Shown: positions 62,369 to 64,000 of the stretch, one piece after another | Layout of the letters: each line of letters opens with the position of its first letter | How positions within the stretch are numbered: position 1 is the stretch's first letter | NCBI GenBank assembly: GCA_030141605.1 | Contig: JAQGDQ010000476.1 | Span: 1-64,000 of the forward strand | Origin: Tubiluchus corallicola | Lineage: Eukaryota; Animalia; Priapulida | DNA: 64,000 nucleotides | Direction: 5' to 3' | Program-made: the position numbers and the translations under genes | The notes under the pieces: generated by a model | What the model was told of the DNA's origin: nothing | Seen by the model: only the letters and a program-made list of their open reading frames with translations | The model's database searches: none

Positions 62369-63080
62369 TGCTTTTACATTTTTTAAATGTTAAAAATTCT
62401 CATGTAAATTTTGTATTTTGTATTAAATAACGAGTTCCACACCAGGACTCCAGCTTTCTGCACAAATTGGCGCTTAACACAGATACGAGTCAACTAACCA
62501 AGAATACTATGTAGCACTGCTGTTTAGAGTTCAGCAAATGCCCTTTGGCTCTGAAAATATACCCTACCTTAGAACTGTACATGGCGAAAATTGTCTGATA
62601 CACATGTTAGCATTTTTTGGTTTACTTATCGACTTGAAAGGTGTGCGTGTACACTGCAAAACCCTGTATGTAAACATTATCTTGTGAATATTATAATTAA
62701 TCTGCAGTTTGAGAAGGAAGACCAACTGCACTATGTGCCTATCTACATTCCACTTTCATACAGTATTCCTGCACCAGTATGTATACACAAATACATGTGC
62801 CACACCACAGATTATATGATTAATGTGGCTTGAGTGGCATATGTAGGTTGCAGGATAAACCCTGAAACACTTGGAAAAGAAGTCGGTTTGGTCAAAATTT
62901 TGTTTATTTGCACTGGAATACAAAGAGGAAAATTTTGATAGAATTACTGCTTTTACATTTTTTAATGCTAAAATTTCTCATTTCAATTTTGTATTTTGCA
63001 TTAAATAACGAGTACCACACCAGGACACCACATTTCTGCATAAGTTGGCACTTAATACAGATACAAGTCAACTAACAATG
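62369..63080 (+). repeat. Diverged ~130-bp direct repeat (62369-62500, 62948-63080)
   Basis: TGCTTTTACATTTTTTAA...TTAAATAACGAGT.CCACACCAGGAC...CAGATAC.AGTCAACTAAC is present in both copies. Confidence 0.8.
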
Positions 63081-63622
63081 GTTGCTGCACTAATAATGGG
63101 TCACTAGCTGTCTTACGGGATTTAATACGTATAGTTAAAGTAGCACCGAACAAAGAACAGTTTTGATTCATTGTTAACTTGCACGACTATAGTTATAATA
63201 AAGAAATGCTAAATGACATGAACCACTAATCGGTTTGTTTAGTTTTGTTCTTTCTTAGACATTAGGCTAAAGGCTCTTAGGTATACAGGAAATTAGCAGC
63301 CTAATACATTTTACAGACTACTACAACTTTTACAAATTATTCAGAACAGCTAATTACTCCCAACAACAACAAACACATTTTAGCAAACACTATTATTACT
63401 GCATTACAAGGGTAACATGTTTTACTATATAGACAGTTTACAATTAGCACCTTCATGACTTAACCAGTGAAATAAGAAGTACATTTTTAAGAAGTTTCAA
63501 TAGCACTATGTAAACATGTGATCTAGTAAAAACGTTGTAACAACTGTAAAATCATTCTAAATTGTGGTATGTTTTATGTTGTTTTGCATGTCGAAAAAAA
63601 TCACGATTAGCCCTTACAGCAT

Positions 63623-63841
63623 TTAACATCCCTCGCCACTCATCATCTTTTTGGCGACTGTTACTGGTAGAGAACATCCTTTCCACAATATGTCCACCAA
63701 GTCGTGACAACTACAGCAGACACCACAGGGAGCTATCAGAACGTACCAGAATGCAATGAAGAAACCGACGGGCCATGCGATGATGATCAAAATAAAGAAC
63801 CAGATAATAGACCACAGCGGATTTCCTCCACCTGAACCCAT
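63623..63841 (-). CDS. Small (72 aa) Cys-containing membrane protein, uncharacterised
   Basis: GNPLWSIIWFFILIIIAWPVGFFIAFWYVLIAPC.VC is a hydrophobic pattern recalled from unnamed invertebrate small proteins. An acceptor TTTTTTGCATGTTAG lies just upstream of the ATG. Confidence 0.7.
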   Translation of the reverse strand: MGSGGGNPLWSIIWFFILIIIAWPVGFFIAFWYVLIAPCGVCCSCHDLVDILWKGCSLPVTVAKKMMSGEGC

Positions 63842-64000
63842 ATTAGTATGCTGTTAACCTAACATGCAAAAAATAATCCATGCTAGGAAAATATGTTAGA
63901 TGTAGAAAATTACAGAGACTAAATATATCATGCAGTCATAAAATCTGTTAGCTAATAACACATGCAATAACACGATTAATTAAACACAAATAACATGCGG

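Overview
AT-rich genomic DNA from an invertebrate animal, with GT-AG introns and many decayed transposons. A 13-exon crooked-neck (CRNKL1) gene on + (8254-35509) hosts four nested genes. An intronless canopy (CNPY3/4-like) gene lies in intron 1 on the same strand. A tightly packed antisense trio lies in intron 8: a novel 140-aa ORF with a FEM1-type BC/VHL-box-like C-terminus, an intronless TM2D2, and MKKS/BBS6, separated by only 71 and 168 nt. The trio looks like one polycistronic or alternatively spliced unit. The window also holds an intronless SABATH-family methyltransferase (-), a probable vault RNA gene (~38316-38420), two uncharacterised minus-strand genes, an 11-exon NUSAP1-like gene (+, 48251-61623) and a small membrane-protein gene at the right end. 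Mobile DNA includes an internally deleted Gypsy LTR element, LINE and hAT remnants, MITEs, and two RTE copies inserted at the same 12-13 bp target. All gene models were built by eye from splice signals and reading-frame continuity, and family calls rest on remembered motifs; no database searches were run.
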